This document shows positions 18,650-32,076 of a DNA stretch of 64,000 nucleotides, in pieces. The notes under the pieces are model-generated. The model saw only the letters and a list, made by a program, of their open reading frames with translations. It was not told the DNA's origin and did not search any database. How positions within the stretch are numbered: the stretch's first letter is position 1; each line of letters starts with the position of its first letter. Source of the stretch: Catajapyx aquilonaris (taxonomy: Eukaryota); NCBI GenBank assembly GCA_000934665.2, contig KZ537963.1, positions 124,001 through 188,000 of the forward strand, in the 5' to 3' direction. The position numbers and the translations under genes were made by a program.

Positions 18650-20576
18650 CTCTCTCTGCACACGGAGGGGGGCTGGATCCCTCTGGGCACTAGACGCGTT
18701 CGAGCATCGTCTCGGTCGCGGTCTGCGATCCGAATGCACAGAAAAACAATATATATTTTTTTTAATGTTCCTTTTTTTCCTCTTCTCTCAATCGTCCATC
18801 TTTTTTTTCTGTCGTGTCTGACAGCATTGTTGCCAACAGAAGTGAATTACTCTAATTAAATGTAATTAGAATAATCTAGATGAACATTGTCGCCATTATG
18901 TCGGATTTTTAAAAAAATGTTATGTTGCTCCGTATATTGTTAAAGCTTAGAGCACAGGCAGAGAGAGAGAGAAAGTAAATGGCGGCCATGTTTGATTCAG
19001 TCACAGTGGCGCTAGATTTGAATTTGTTTGTAGCTGTTTTTCGGGCAATTTTTTTCAGGCGTTTAATTTGCAATTTGCTTTTGCGATTTCCAAATACTAT
19101 TCTGCAAACTTATCTGCTTAGTTAGAAAGCACTGAGCCATACACCGTACAAGTACAATTGACACGACACAAATCACTCTTCGGTGTGTCCGATTTCCTGG
19201 AAGACATCCAGAACACACACACACAATGATTCCTGTCCATTTATTATGTAAAGGAAACGCATTGTCTGGCCCATAATGTTATCATCGCGAGAGACGACCC
19301 CGTTACGCTGGTTGCTTGACGTCACTTGCAAAAGTCATCACAGTATAGCGCGACAGAGGGATGAGTAACTGTCGACGGTCGGCGTAACGACTGCAATTTT
19401 ATGTAATCTAAGGACAACATCGCGCTGTTTTTCGCACTCTAATTCCGCACAACTTCCACTCCACCAGCGACGTACTTTCTTTCTCTGTCTAAATGTGACA
19501 ATGTTACTTCCTGGGCTCAAAAAAAATATAGCATTAAAATTTACAAAGTTTTCTCCCCAAAAATAGTTGCGGATACGGCAACGTGTGGCCTGAATTTGCC
19601 TTGACGTGACTATAAATGTAACAACATTTTATTGGCAGCTTCATATAACCTTTTGGAATATTAAAATAATGCGGAAGCATGAACTGATGATGCCAACTCA
19701 TAATATGAATAACTCTCATTCCAGCATTTGGGTACCGCTGCATTGCATGGTAGATTCTTCCAAGGCAACGGGATCCGTCTTCATTTTTTTAAAAAAAAGA
19801 AGACACAAAAGTAAAATAAATTAATTCTCTCAAACCGGACTCTTTTCCTTCAAGATATAGCAGCTATTCTTGGTCAAAAGAAGGCGTGGAAAACGATCGT
19901 CTGACAGCATTTTTTTGGTCTGAGAAATGGGAAAATTATACCTCTAATTCGTAGCGTGAGCGAAGTAGGCTATAACTGCTGAACGGCCTCTTTATTTTTA
20001 TTTTTTAACCTAGACTGAAAACACACCACACAAAAAAATACGTTTTATGGTCCAAACTGATGATGATGATACACCCAACTCTTTTGCCTTAAAACCTGGT
20101 TCGCCTATCACGAATGATTCAAAGGGTTGAATTAATTAAACAGGTACCGTTCATTATACGAGCGTTTATCAAAGAGTGTGCCATGAGAAATCGTTTTAAA
20201 ACCAATAGTTCAGAGAATTCGAGGGAAAATGTAGACCATGTCACAGAGAAAATTATCACTGGAATCCCAGGGAATAATAATTTTGGTTCACTTTGGATTT
20301 TCGATCGTTTCTTATCGGATTCAAGAGTTGAAGGGTTTATGGCGAGGTAACTATAATAAAACTGCAGTTATGCTCAACAGTTACAACGCATGAGATGTGT
20401 GCACCACACACACTTGTACACAAACCGCATAAATTGTTTACACAACAGTTTAAGGTTATTATATTAATGGCATCCTGTGGGCTGTTTCTAAAATTACAGT
20501 TAATTTTCAATGCTGCATAATTAAGTAATTAATACCGGTACATACACTCTTACATACTGTACATACTGCAGTAGCC

Positions 20577-20588
20577 TACATACATACA

Positions 20589-20627
<39 letters not shown>

Positions 20628-20629
20628 AT
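20577..20629. repeat. Compound microsatellite (TACA)n(TAAA)n
   Basis: tacatacatacata followed by an uninterrupted aata run. Confidence 0.95.
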
Positions 20630-20644
20630 GCGCTGTCTACCGCG

Positions 20645-20959
20645 ATTTCGAGTTATATAATATTATTTTTAGAGTCATACACAAAATAATTATACTACCG
20701 TACCATATTCATCATAAATTATTTTTACTTAAAATTTACTCAAATTCGAGTTAATTTTTCATTAGCTCATCTGAGGTTGGCAATCACGCCTCGGTTAGTG
20801 AAGTCGACACATGCATGGAATTTGTGCCTTATTAGTATTTTTGTCTCATTCAGTCACACTATTATGACGATTACGAATTATAATATGATTTTTAGAGTAA
20901 TACCAAAAATGGTATTAATATTAAATTATTTTACTCAAAATTTTACTCAAATTTCGAGC
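20645..20959. repeat. Degenerate AT-rich direct repeat, two copies about 230 bp apart
   Basis: tataatat(t/g)atttttagagt...aaattatttt...aaaatt(t)tactcaaatt(t)cgag at about 20650-20750 and 20878-20958. Confidence 0.65.
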
Positions 20960-21851
20960 ACATCCTGTTTTATAGCAATTATATTTTCTTGGGGATCAGT
21001 CGGCCATAAATTCGGCGCGTGGTTCAAACACGTGTGACAATCGAAACAGAAACAACGAGAGTTTCTCTTCGTTTTCGGCGCAATGAACACGGACAAAGTG
21101 CAACGAGTGGTTTTGCTCGCACTTGAACTACTTCTTTCCAGCCATTGAGAATAAAGTTGACATGAATCCGCCACACTTGGAAGAAGAACCCCCCTTCCAG
21201 GTAAAGAAGAAAAAAAAAATCAAGGTCCTGGAACCGACTTGGGCTCAGTCCATTCCAGGTGCTCGCTCAGTGCAGTTTGTTGTTACACAGTGCGGAGTTT
21301 AAGTTATTCGCAAAAATTATTAGTTTTTTTTCGCAAAAAAATGGAGTCGCTGCCAGGAATACTGATGCGAATAACGGAGATTTAACATTTTCTGAGGATT
21401 TTCGATTTGTACTATAGACAGGTTAGTACACAATATATATCTATTGTTTTTCTTGAAGATTTGGCGTAACTGGGTGTCGCATTTTGTGACGCTAACTCTT
21501 AATTATCTGCAACACCTTTTTTTTACTGCAAATTGTAACAGTAAGTGTCATCATGAGCTCGTGTGGACAACGTTCCGTGACAAATGAAAGGATTACTGCG
21601 GCGTAAAAGTCACGTACGTGATGTCAATTTTCGACAGTTTGTGCAATGAATATTATAGCGAAATGTTTGCATGTTTATTATAGGCGAAATTGCTTGTGCG
21701 ATTTTAACGGGAAGAGCAGCATGCGCTAAATTGTGGCGTTAATTAGTGCAATAGTAACTAAGATAAGATGAGAGCGGAATTTTAATTGTGGGCAATGATC
21801 ATTATTGCAACAGTTTGTACTGTACAATGGTATTTTTTACTTGCCAGCTGA

Positions 21852-22939
21852 ATGATGTGGATGATATTGTACCTGTTGATGACGGTGGTCCTCAAAGTGA
21901 TCTCAACTCCGCTGCCACATCAGGAATCCCAACAGGACAAGCCGCACTCCAGGCAGAAGAGACTCCTCTGGTTGACCTCTGACCGGCGACTAGTGATGCC
22001 TCCTGGAACGAGCCTCATTGTCACTCCTTCCCTTGCCATGCCCTTCATACGCAATCCACCGCTGGGCCTTCACTCCAACCTCACCATCAGCTTTCCATTC
22101 ACAATAGACTTTGACTCGCTGGGAATATCAGACAACCAGAACCCGTTTGGGTCGTACCCATCTTTTGTCATGAATCCAGTGATTGCGACCAGACAGGTGC
22201 GGCAGAAGCGAGAGCTCACAAGGGACGACGCCACAGGAGGAGAGAGGTAATGTTGCCCATTTTGATGTAGCGCTTGGCGGTGACAGTGATGGTAGGGTTC
22301 ATCATCGCAGGGCTTTCCTGTATCCGATTGTGGAAGACTTCTTGTCCACTATGGGCATGGATGGGAAGGCCTGCCTGCTCAGGGCCATATGCGAGATGCA
22401 CGAACATCCGCTGCACAACCATGGATTTGTGGGTGAAGTGCTGGAGCTTTTCCTAACGTAAGTCATGAATTAAAGATTTTTGTTGCATTCGTTCATTAAG
22501 AATATGTCCAACACTTCGAAGGTAATTTCAAGAATTACCGAATTTGACGGCATGTAAGACGCCAGCAGATCATATTCAGGAAAAAAGAAGTTATGAGTGC
22601 ATTTTCACATATAGGATGCAGGGCAATTTTTTGAGCGATTGTTGTGGGGAAAAATGTGTGTCTTACATGCCGTCAAATACGGTAAATGTGTGATAACAGT
22701 TTGGTTGGGAGTAAATTAATATTTTGATACATTCTCATCATTCTTGACTGATTCATGTAAGTTGAAAGAGGTGTAAACGGTACATTCATTCCAGTGTGAG
22801 TAAATCACCATTTGCTGACAGTCATATGTCAGAATACGTGAGGGCAGAACGTGACGGTAAAGATGATCAGTGTTGGAACTACCAAGCAAAGTGCCCCAAA
22901 TCACTCTTTGAATGGAGGAAGAAAAACAAATATACGTGA
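21852..22939 (+). CDS. Secreted DM4/DM12 family protein. Coding exons 21852-22246, 22311-22457, 22795-22939
   Basis: Signal peptide, RQKR furin-like site, ER|AFLYPIVEDFLSTMGMDGKACLLRAICE...GFVGEVLELFLT, and C-terminal YVRAERDGKDDQCWNYQAKCPKSLF are typical of DM4_12. A probable non-coding exon ends at the donor near 21421. Confidence 0.88.
22538..22682. mobile_element. Small TA-flanked MITE (pogo/Tc1-like ends) in a DM4/12 intron
   Basis: TA-ccgaatttgacggcatgtaagac...gtcttacatgccgtcaaatacgg-TA. Confidence 0.8.
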
Positions 22940-23690
22940 GTATGATCAAAGGCAATTTTCAAAGAGCTGTCACTAACACAGGTTCAACTACAGGAAAGAA
23001 GCAGCGGACGAACATAACATATTGGATGACTACATGGGCTCTTATCAATGGCGAGGACAAAGACTCTGATAATGACGAAGTCAAAATGATCGAAGCCAAC
23101 TTATGACGTTATTCCCAGTGAAACACTACAAATTCCATACTGTCTGGAAAGTGCCAAACTAGTGAATTTTTAAAAATACTGTCAAAGTGCTATGGGAACA
23201 GATGGTTAATACAGTACTGTCCGTAGTGACAAATGTAATGCTCTATGTCTAGTTCCAACAGCAAAATGTGTTCCTGTTTGATTGCGCACATTAATTTCTA
23301 TTTTCATCAAACATGTGCTATAAATGAAAAATAAATATGGCATCAGTACAGCAGTCATATTTTTTTTGGCATCCACCACATTTTCAAACAAGTACAGTAC
23401 AGGTAATGAGTTCTGCAAACAATGCCAAAAGATGTTGAAGTTTTATTACTATCAGTGAACTTTTGGTACATGTGACCCTTACTTTCCAGTCATAACTGCT
23501 TACTCCTAGGCACTACGCTGACAATGGAATGCAGAAAGGTTACACAAATAGCACACACTTGCAGCAAAAATCTTACAGTTTGTCCAATAAATACATAAGG
23601 CATCAATTATTAACCTAAGGCACTCACTGTCAGTGTCAGCCTTTTGTCTTAAATGCAACACAAACAGCAGTGAATAATGGACCCAAACTT

Positions 23691-26600
23691 CTACTTCTTC
23701 TTTGCATGGCTTGGCGCATGAGCTGTCCTTGCTACTGTTGACATGCCATCCACAAACTTGGTCTTGAACAGAACATTGGCATTGTTGAACATGCCATCTT
23801 TTAGTGACACCACAATGAACTGCAAGGAATGAAATGTCATGTACTGTATTTGAAGCACTGTAAGTGGATGCAATGAATGTACCTGTGAGTTATTGAAGTA
23901 GGTTTTGATCATGTGACCAATATTCTGCGTATGGGACAAATCCAAAGCAGCGTCCACTTCATCCAGAATGTATATAGGGGCTGGTTTGAACAGAAGAAGG
24001 GCAAGGATCAGGGAGAGAGCAACCAGGGACCGTTGACCTCCACTCAGTTCATTCAGGCTCTCCTTCCACTGATTTCCAAAGGCAATTCGCACCTGTGGAC
24101 CAAAAATATAAAAATCCATTTACATTCTTCGCTAAACCATACTGATTATAATGGTTTTATACACAACATAGCATTGCGACATAACATGTGAGCCAAGTCA
24201 TAAAGTGTGAGAAAAAAATTTACATCCTATAAAGCTCAAGGGTCGAAAGTAGTGTACCTCAAGACCATCCAGCGCAGTCTGGCCCTCAGGTGGCTCCAAT
24301 TTGGCATGAGATCCTGGCAACAGCATGGAGAAGATTGAGCCGAAGTCCTTGTTGATCTGCCCCCATGCCTTCTGTAAGGCATCCTTCTTTTTCTCATCCA
24401 GCTCCGCAAGACACTTGACAATCTTGGACCGGTCCTTCTCCACAATCTGCTTCCTTCTCATCACATCATTGTATTGCTCCTCTGCTCTGCCGAGAAGTTG
24501 CATTGCATTCGTGTTCACCGTCTTGGACAGAATGTTCTTCTTCTCCAGGAGTGACTGGATCTGGTTGCTGAGCTCTGTAGCATCATGTTTTTGAAAATCA
24601 TAGGCAGTGTTTGACTGCCCAAAGTACTTGCGGTCTTCCAGAATCCAGTCGTTGGCCTTCATCAGGTCTTTCACCTATAAAAGCAATTTGATTGTCAATT
24701 ACACTGTTGTCACCATCAACATTATTTACATAAGACTCATTGAAAAACCACACGTAGAACACTTAATCCCCCTGCTGAATCAAGTGACCTCACCTTGTTG
24801 TCCGCATCTTTTGCATCTCCTTTGACCTTAGACAACTTGTTCTCAAGCTGCTTGATCTCCAACTCCGCATCCTCATTGGCCTTAATTAACTTGTCTTTAT
24901 TAGCAGAAGTCTGGTGGATCTCCTGCATCTGCGCGTGGATTTTATCTTTTTGCTCTTTGACCAGGTCCTGACACTCCTTCACTGCCCCTTTTGCTGCTTC
25001 CACATCCTTCTCCATCTCCTCCACATTGCCTTTCAGAGATTCAATTGTTTCAACAGTAGCGGCCAGTTGGCCTTCACCCGTTGCAATCACATTCTGAAGC
25101 TCCGCCACTTCGAGCTTCAAGCTCTCCACTTCCTGTGAAAGTTGTACGGCATGGTAAATTTGTAATTATAGTAATTACTGGTAATTTGACAGACATCGTG
25201 TACCTTACAGTGGCAGTATCGGAATTTGCATACTTACATCAGGTGAACATACCACGTTTATAAATTGAGAAAATTACATTCGCCTTACCTGCTCTTTTTC
25301 CTTCCACTGTGCCTGAGTTCCCTCCGCCCTTTTCGTTGCATCTGCAAGCTCCTTTTCCGCAGCTTTGAGCTCCTTCTCACGATTGAACTTAGAGTCTTTG
25401 ACCCTTGCTTCTAAGTCCACCACTTTCGCCTGCTCTGACGTTTCCACCTCAGTACAGCGCTTCACTGTTGCCTGCAGCTCAACTGAAATGATCGACACCT
25501 ACTGTTAAAACCAGAATCACATCTTTGACGTATTTCGATTTTACACCCTTCTTCTAAAGTCAGGCACGAAATGTCTTTTTGTTACCCAGCCATGTCCAAT
25601 TGTTGGTGACAATTTGACTGCTGCCGACTCACCGATAGAAGCCTCAGTGGCAGTCACTTCCTCTTGCTGCTTGTGGTGGGTTGTCTGCTGCATGTTGGCC
25701 TTGAGAAGCTCCAGCTTGTGGGACTTGAGGTCAAACTGCTGCTTAATGTTAACGTATCTCTGTGCATCCTTCTGCATCCCATTGAGCTCAGCATCCACTG
25801 CCTGCAACTCACGCTCCATCTCACCCTTCTGCTTCTCGACGTCATGCACCCGCTCCAAGTGCTGCAACGCAGACCTGCCTGTTGAGCTGGAACCTCCGGT
25901 CAGCACACCAGCCGGATCAACAACATCCCCATCCCAAGTAACAGCCCTGCGCTTGATTCTATCATCAAACGCAACAGTTTTGGCCACGTTGAGGTCCTTG
26001 CAGATTAAGGTGTTTCCGAATATCCATCCCATTGCAGGGTGAAGCTCTTTGTGGTACTCAATCAGATCTAAAGCTAGGGTGACATTCTCTTTGCCAACCT
26101 GAAAAATGAACATGAATTATTAACAAAAGTGGCTCCCAAAATTTGCCAACAGACTAACCAGTCTCTGTGCATATCGGACAACTTCTTGGTCAATAGGCCT
26201 GTACGTAATCTTGTTCAGTGGTATGATGGTGACTCTATTTCGAAGTTGTCCTTTCTCCAGGATCTTCTTACCAGTTACATCCTTATCCACGACCACATTG
26301 TAAAGTCGCCCTCCAGCAGCAACCTCTAAGGCGGTTGCCATATTGCGATCCCTCATTCTGAAGAGCTTGCAGGTCATGCCCTTGACTGAAGCTCTGTTAA
26401 AATTGGGTTCAGGGTCAGAATAATGGAAGACTAGGTTTGAAAACTTGGACTCCAAATCTTGCAACTCTCTACGCTTGAGTCGAATCTCATTGTTCAAGGT
26501 ACGTGACCGCTCTTGCAGATGGGTGGCTCGGTTTTCATCATAGTTCAGAGACGTCAGCGTATTCTGGAAATAGATGAAGCCCATGTAAAGACTGTGCTAT

Positions 26601-29600
26601 TGTGAGCAAATTTACGGTTCGTGCCACTTCACTAATAACGAATCATCCCTGCATTACACAAAGTAAAATATAAGCACAGTATTATTCTGCAAAGAGCAGC
26701 TTTACCTTCAAGTCCTTGACTTCTTTCTCCATACTTTCCAGGGCGGCCATGTCCTTCTGGTAGCTGGCATGTGTCTTTGCAGCCTCCTGCTTCTTCTTGG
26801 TCAGATCCTCCTTGAGAGCTCTGAGTTTCATCTCAGCCTGCTTCTTCTCAGTCTTTGCATTGGCAATGTTATTCTTGGTCGTCATAAGCTGTTCTTGCAG
26901 GGTGGCTTCAACGCCATCTTCATTGCTGTATAAACCTTTGCTGATGGCCTGGAACTTCTTGTTCGCATTAACCACAGCCTCAGAATTAGCCTTTCCAGCT
27001 TGGCAGAGCTGCTCCACGGAAGCACAGAGAGTAGCGGATTCTTTCTCCTTGTTTGCCAGAGCCACAAGATCATCTTTCAAACTCTTCTCCAGTTGCTGCT
27101 TCTTCTTTTGTTCCGACTTCAGTGAATCCTTAGTGCTTTGCAGCTTTGATTGGATCTTAGCTTCTTCCGTCTCCTTCTCTTTCAGCTCTTGTTCTAGCTT
27201 TTTCAGCTTTCCTCCACTTTCCTGAGAAAAAGTAAATGGTGGTCAACATATCCTCATATCACCTCCTGCTATCGCTCCAAAAACCAGATTTGACTCTTGC
27301 ATGTAAATTTTTAAATTTAAATGGATTTAAATCAGCTCCTCTTTAAAAATGTGGTTGTGATCCACAAGAAAACAAAATGACTTCAATGCTCACGATTGGT
27401 TTCTTGTCAAAACTAACCTTGTCAAATTTCTTCTGCAGCTCAAGAATAAGTGTATCCAAGTTCTCAACTTCCTTCTTGTTCTCTTCCATTTCACTGTGGT
27501 GGTTATTAATTTCTTGCTTGATGTTATCCATATCTCCTTTGGCTTTTTGGCTGGTTTCCTGGAATTACAATCATGTCACTGGCATCCATGTAAGCCTTAA
27601 AATAACTTGCCTACCTCGTAGGTGACAAACTTCCAAGCGATGTTAAGCTTGTTCAGATGATCCAGCTCTCTCTGGGTGTTTTGAAAGTCCAAGTATTTGC
27701 TTCGCTCTTCTTTAAGCTTCATTATGTTCGGGGTCACCTCCTCTCTCAGAAACTGTGAAGGTAATTGCATGAATTAATAAGGATCAATTTACCTTAACAC
27801 GCTAGTTGTGGCCACTTACCTTGTCCATGTCACGGAGCTTTTCATCCTTCCTTTCAAGAGTCTTACGGGCCACCTGCTTCTTTGTTTCGTACATTCGTGT
27901 TCCAGCTGCTTCTTCCAACATGGATAATATCTGTGGACATGCAAAAATAAAATGTGACTCTGGCACTGTAGGAAGCATATCAAAAGCGACTTTGTTATTT
28001 CTTGCTATTATTTTTTTTGGCAGTAATTAAACCATAATATAAAGAAAAATGAACTCTATTCTCAACCCTGACCCTCTACAACACATGACTGTGCAGTCAT
28101 TGTAAAACAAATTTATTTATGAGGTATACAACACCTGCAATGTATTGATTGTTAGGAACTGTTAAGTGAAGACCAGCAGGTGTTCATCAATGTCAGGTCT
28201 GGCGGGATGCTCATGACTAATACACTGCAGAGAGAGCATTCCTTTAGAATCTATTGCTGACAGTGCACTTTCAAGCCTTTCTGGAGTCAGAATCCACAAA
28301 AAACGGCAGGTAAAATTTAATTGTGATCAACCAGGTTACATCAACGTCGGTAGCGCAGAAAAGGGAATCACAGATTTGTTTTGTCTTTAGCCATGACAAC
28401 TGGACTGCAAGCAGTATCTTACTTGTGGAACCGAATAAGACGATTTCTTCCATGTGTCTGCATTCTGGCTGTGCTGTATTGCATAATTTACGCTTTCACT
28501 CAGGGAAGCTTTCGATCCAACAGAAAAATACTAGATCTATCTGTGACATCACAAGAGGCGGTTGAGGACCCAGGTGGTAAGTAACATTGTCGCAACAATA
28601 CTTTGATGCCACAAAAGCCGAAAAGCAATCTAACTGGCTTTCACAATGTAAAAATATAATGACACGGAAGATTGCTTACAAATTTACTGATACATTGCTT
28701 TAGATAACCAAGCTCAAGAAAGTGTTAAAGTCAAAACTGCTGCACCAGAACTCTTCATTGATCAAGTCCACGAAGAGGAGGCCATCGCAACTGCATCACT
28801 TGGATCCAGCTTTGAAAATGACCAGAATTGGAGCACTAGTACAACACAGGAATTAGTCACAACTCTAACCACAGAAAGTATTGAAGAAAGGGACGACCTC
28901 TATAATGAAACAACTGCGTTTATATTACACACCGACACCTGCAAAATCCCTCGCATTAAATCATTTGATCCGTCGGTAAAATTCTTCTTACAACCAGCAG
29001 AAGACATCACATGTGGCAACAAACCACCCCTTCTCCTCACTACGGTACTGTCAACAAGCTACCTAGGGTGGCGCTTGACAATCTCACGTTGGAAGTGCAT
29101 TTTCGGTCAGATATTACATGCATCACTTTTACTTTCCAGGGCCAAAAGCTTCAAATAAACCAAAAGGCACTTCCAGACCACAATGTCCATAATGTGACAC
29201 TTCTAAATTGTTGCTATAAAAAAATATTTCGGGTGCAAGAAGATCCTAACAACTACACCACCGTGGCTGATAACCATTACGGGTAAGTTACATGAGTTTG
29301 TAGTACGGTGTTGTCTATGGCATGTTTCTTTCAGATTGGCTCAAGATTGCACTCCGTTCAAAGACGAGACAAATATTAAGGACACATATATTTTGGCTCA
29401 GTGCACATATGATGGAAACGAAATTTATAAAAATGTGTATACCTTCATTGGATCTTTCGCAACAAAATTGGCGGAGCAGAAGAATATTTCATCAGTACGC
29501 GATGACTACAGTTTGCCCCATCTCAGCATTCTCTTAGTGGGAATCGATTCCGTGTCAAAACTGAACAGAATGCGGAAACTGAATAGAGTAGCTCATTTTC

Positions 29601-31558
29601 TCTTATCAAAAGGGGCTATCGACCTGAATGGCTATATTAAGGTGGGGATATTTTCCATGTAGTGTTACACAAATAACTGACTGTTATTTCCTCTGCAGAT
29701 TGGAGACAACACGTTCCCAAACTTGATGGCCATACTTACAGGATTAAATGAGACAAGCCTAAACAAATTATGCTGGGGCAATGCAGACAAGAAACTGGAT
29801 GACTGTCCATTCCTATGGAAAGATTTCAGTGCAAAGGGCTACGTGACTGGCTATTCTGAAGATGTTGGAGAAGGTGGGAATTTCAACTCTCAGAAGACTG
29901 GATTTGTGGTTCAACCGGTTGACTTCTATACCCGACCTTCCATGAATGCTATGTTGAACGAGCTTCCAAACAAGATAAATCTCAATAATTACAAGGTGTG
30001 TTTTGCAGACAAGCTGGCTGTCAATGTCACTTTGAGCCATGCTAAAATGTTCGCTAATTCTTTTCAAAATGCACCTTACTTTGGATTGTTTTGGACAGAA
30101 TCTTTGTCACATGATGACATCAACACTGTGTCTTTAGCCGACAAACCATATTTACAACTCTTTGAGGAACTATTCTACAATCCAGAAACACTCAACCACA
30201 CCATACTGATCTTCTTCAGTAACCATGGACTACGATATGGAGACATACGTGGAACCTACTCGGGATGGTTAGAAGAACGGATGCCATTCTTCATGATCTG
30301 GCTACCTGACTGGTTCAAATCTCAGCATCCAAATGCTATTGCGAACTTGAACGACAATGTTGGGAGACTCACATCTCCATTTGACGTCCACTATACGCTT
30401 CGGGACATCCTGAACAACAATTTTGATGAGCCTGGATCCGACTCTCAGATTGGCCAAAGTTTGTTCCAACCAGTTCCAATGAATCGAACCTGTGCTGATG
30501 CAGGGATATCACCTCACTGGTGCACATGCCAAGAGTCAAGGAATATTGACAATTATGATTCAAGAGCGGAAGAATCCATTCATTACCTTATTGAACAGTT
30601 GAACATTTACGTGGCACCATACAAACAATGCAGCATTTTAGAGATTAAAGAAGTGGTTTCAACTCGTGTTTTCAGATCACAGATTAGTTCTAGTGCAGAA
30701 ATCGATACGAACAGGGCAATATCTGACTTTGTCATTGCCTTCCGAACCACCCCTGGAGAGGCCATGTACGAAGGAACTATTCGGTTCGCCCCAGACACAA
30801 ACAGTTACAGCATGTTGGGCCCCATTAGTCGCATCGATCCATACGGTAACACAAGCCATTGTATGAATGACAGTGAGCTAAAAAAGTACTGCTACTGCAT
30901 AAATCAAAGTTAATATTGTCGTATATCCCATGTCTTTATACTGTATTTTGCAAAATTGAATAAAGAACCAGCATATTATTACCTCAGGAGGCTTCATGTT
31001 CAGCACCTTGGTGATCCGCCCCTGCATGATCAGAAAATGCGGGTTGTTCACATTCAGCTGAACAGATCGGAACAGATCTTGCACCCGATTGTTCTGCACG
31101 TTGGTCCCATTAATCATGTACTTATTCTTGCCCCCGATCACCACCTGGCGTGTCACAGATATCTCCTTGTACTCCTCATACCCAACCGGACTCTGCGACT
31201 TGTTCTGGTTGTTAAAGCAGACCGTCACGGTGGCCTTGGTTATTCCAGCCTGGCCGCTCTTGTACACCAGATCCTGGAGGTTGTTAGCCCGAACCTGGGA
31301 AGAGAAGGAAAGGTAAGGAACATGTACGATTCAACCAATACTAGTTCGGGCTTTCCAATGGCCCTACTTTCCACACCCCCAAAAAAATACCTGGCTAAGA
31401 TTAGTGATTCCAAGCAGGAAACATATGGCGTCCAATATGTTCGATTTTCCACTCCCATTGAGTCCAGTGATTGCGTTGAACTGCGGATCGAAATCCTTGA
31501 TCTCCGTCCGGTTCCCGTAGGACTTGAACCCGTCCATTATCACAGATTCGATGTACAT
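23691..31558 (-). CDS. SMC2: Structural maintenance of chromosomes protein 2 (condensin), multi-exon
   Basis: [14 protein letters not shown]...[21 protein letters not shown] (Walker A), [42 protein letters not shown], hinge [84 protein letters not shown]. Confidence 0.98.
28393..30913 (+). CDS. DUF229 family (alkaline phosphatase/sulfatase superfamily) type II membrane protein, nested antisense in an SMC2 intron. Exons about 28393-28576, 28704-29044, 29140-29282, 29335-29641, 29699-30913
   Basis: N-terminal TM ([18 protein letters not shown]), CKIP...[55 protein letters not shown]...[42 protein letters not shown]...LKKYCYC; AATAAA at 30959. Confidence 0.9.
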
Positions 31559-32076
31559 GGCTCCCAACTTTTCGAATCCTTTCAAAAAAATCGACAAAAA
31601 TCGAACGGGCTTTTCAGCAGCCCACAACGGCCTTTACCGCCATTTTCCAATAAGCCAAGGATGCTGCAATCAACGGACTAGCATGTTCCGGCAACACTAA
31701 ACGGATATCAAGTGGCCATAAATTCTGCACTTTAATTAATATCCAAATAATGCCATAAATGTTATTAATAATTGCCTAATTTATTTTATTCCGATCTACT
31801 TCTAACATGAATGGGGCAGATGGCAGTAGTATCGCAGCGTCTAGCTATAGCCGTTACTTTCTAAATAGCCGTTATTTTCATACCAACTGATGGCGATTTT
31901 CAGTTAGCGGCTATGCTTCGTTTGGCCTAACCTGGGTCTGAAATGCCAAGATGGCGGCCCCCGTGCGGCTTGTAACTGACGCAATGCTTTCGGCTTTCTT
32001 TGGAATGTGTCGCATCGATTGACTTCCAGTGGAGGTCGGCTTGTTGGCCAGTCGAGCGAGGGTCAAGGGCAGGAGG
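31559..32076. promoter_or_regulatory. Putative bidirectional promoter between SMC2 and RTCA copy 1, with a YY1/Pho consensus CAAGATGGCGGC at 31947-31958
   Basis: Divergent start codons about 520 bp apart; exact YY1 consensus. Confidence 0.6.
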
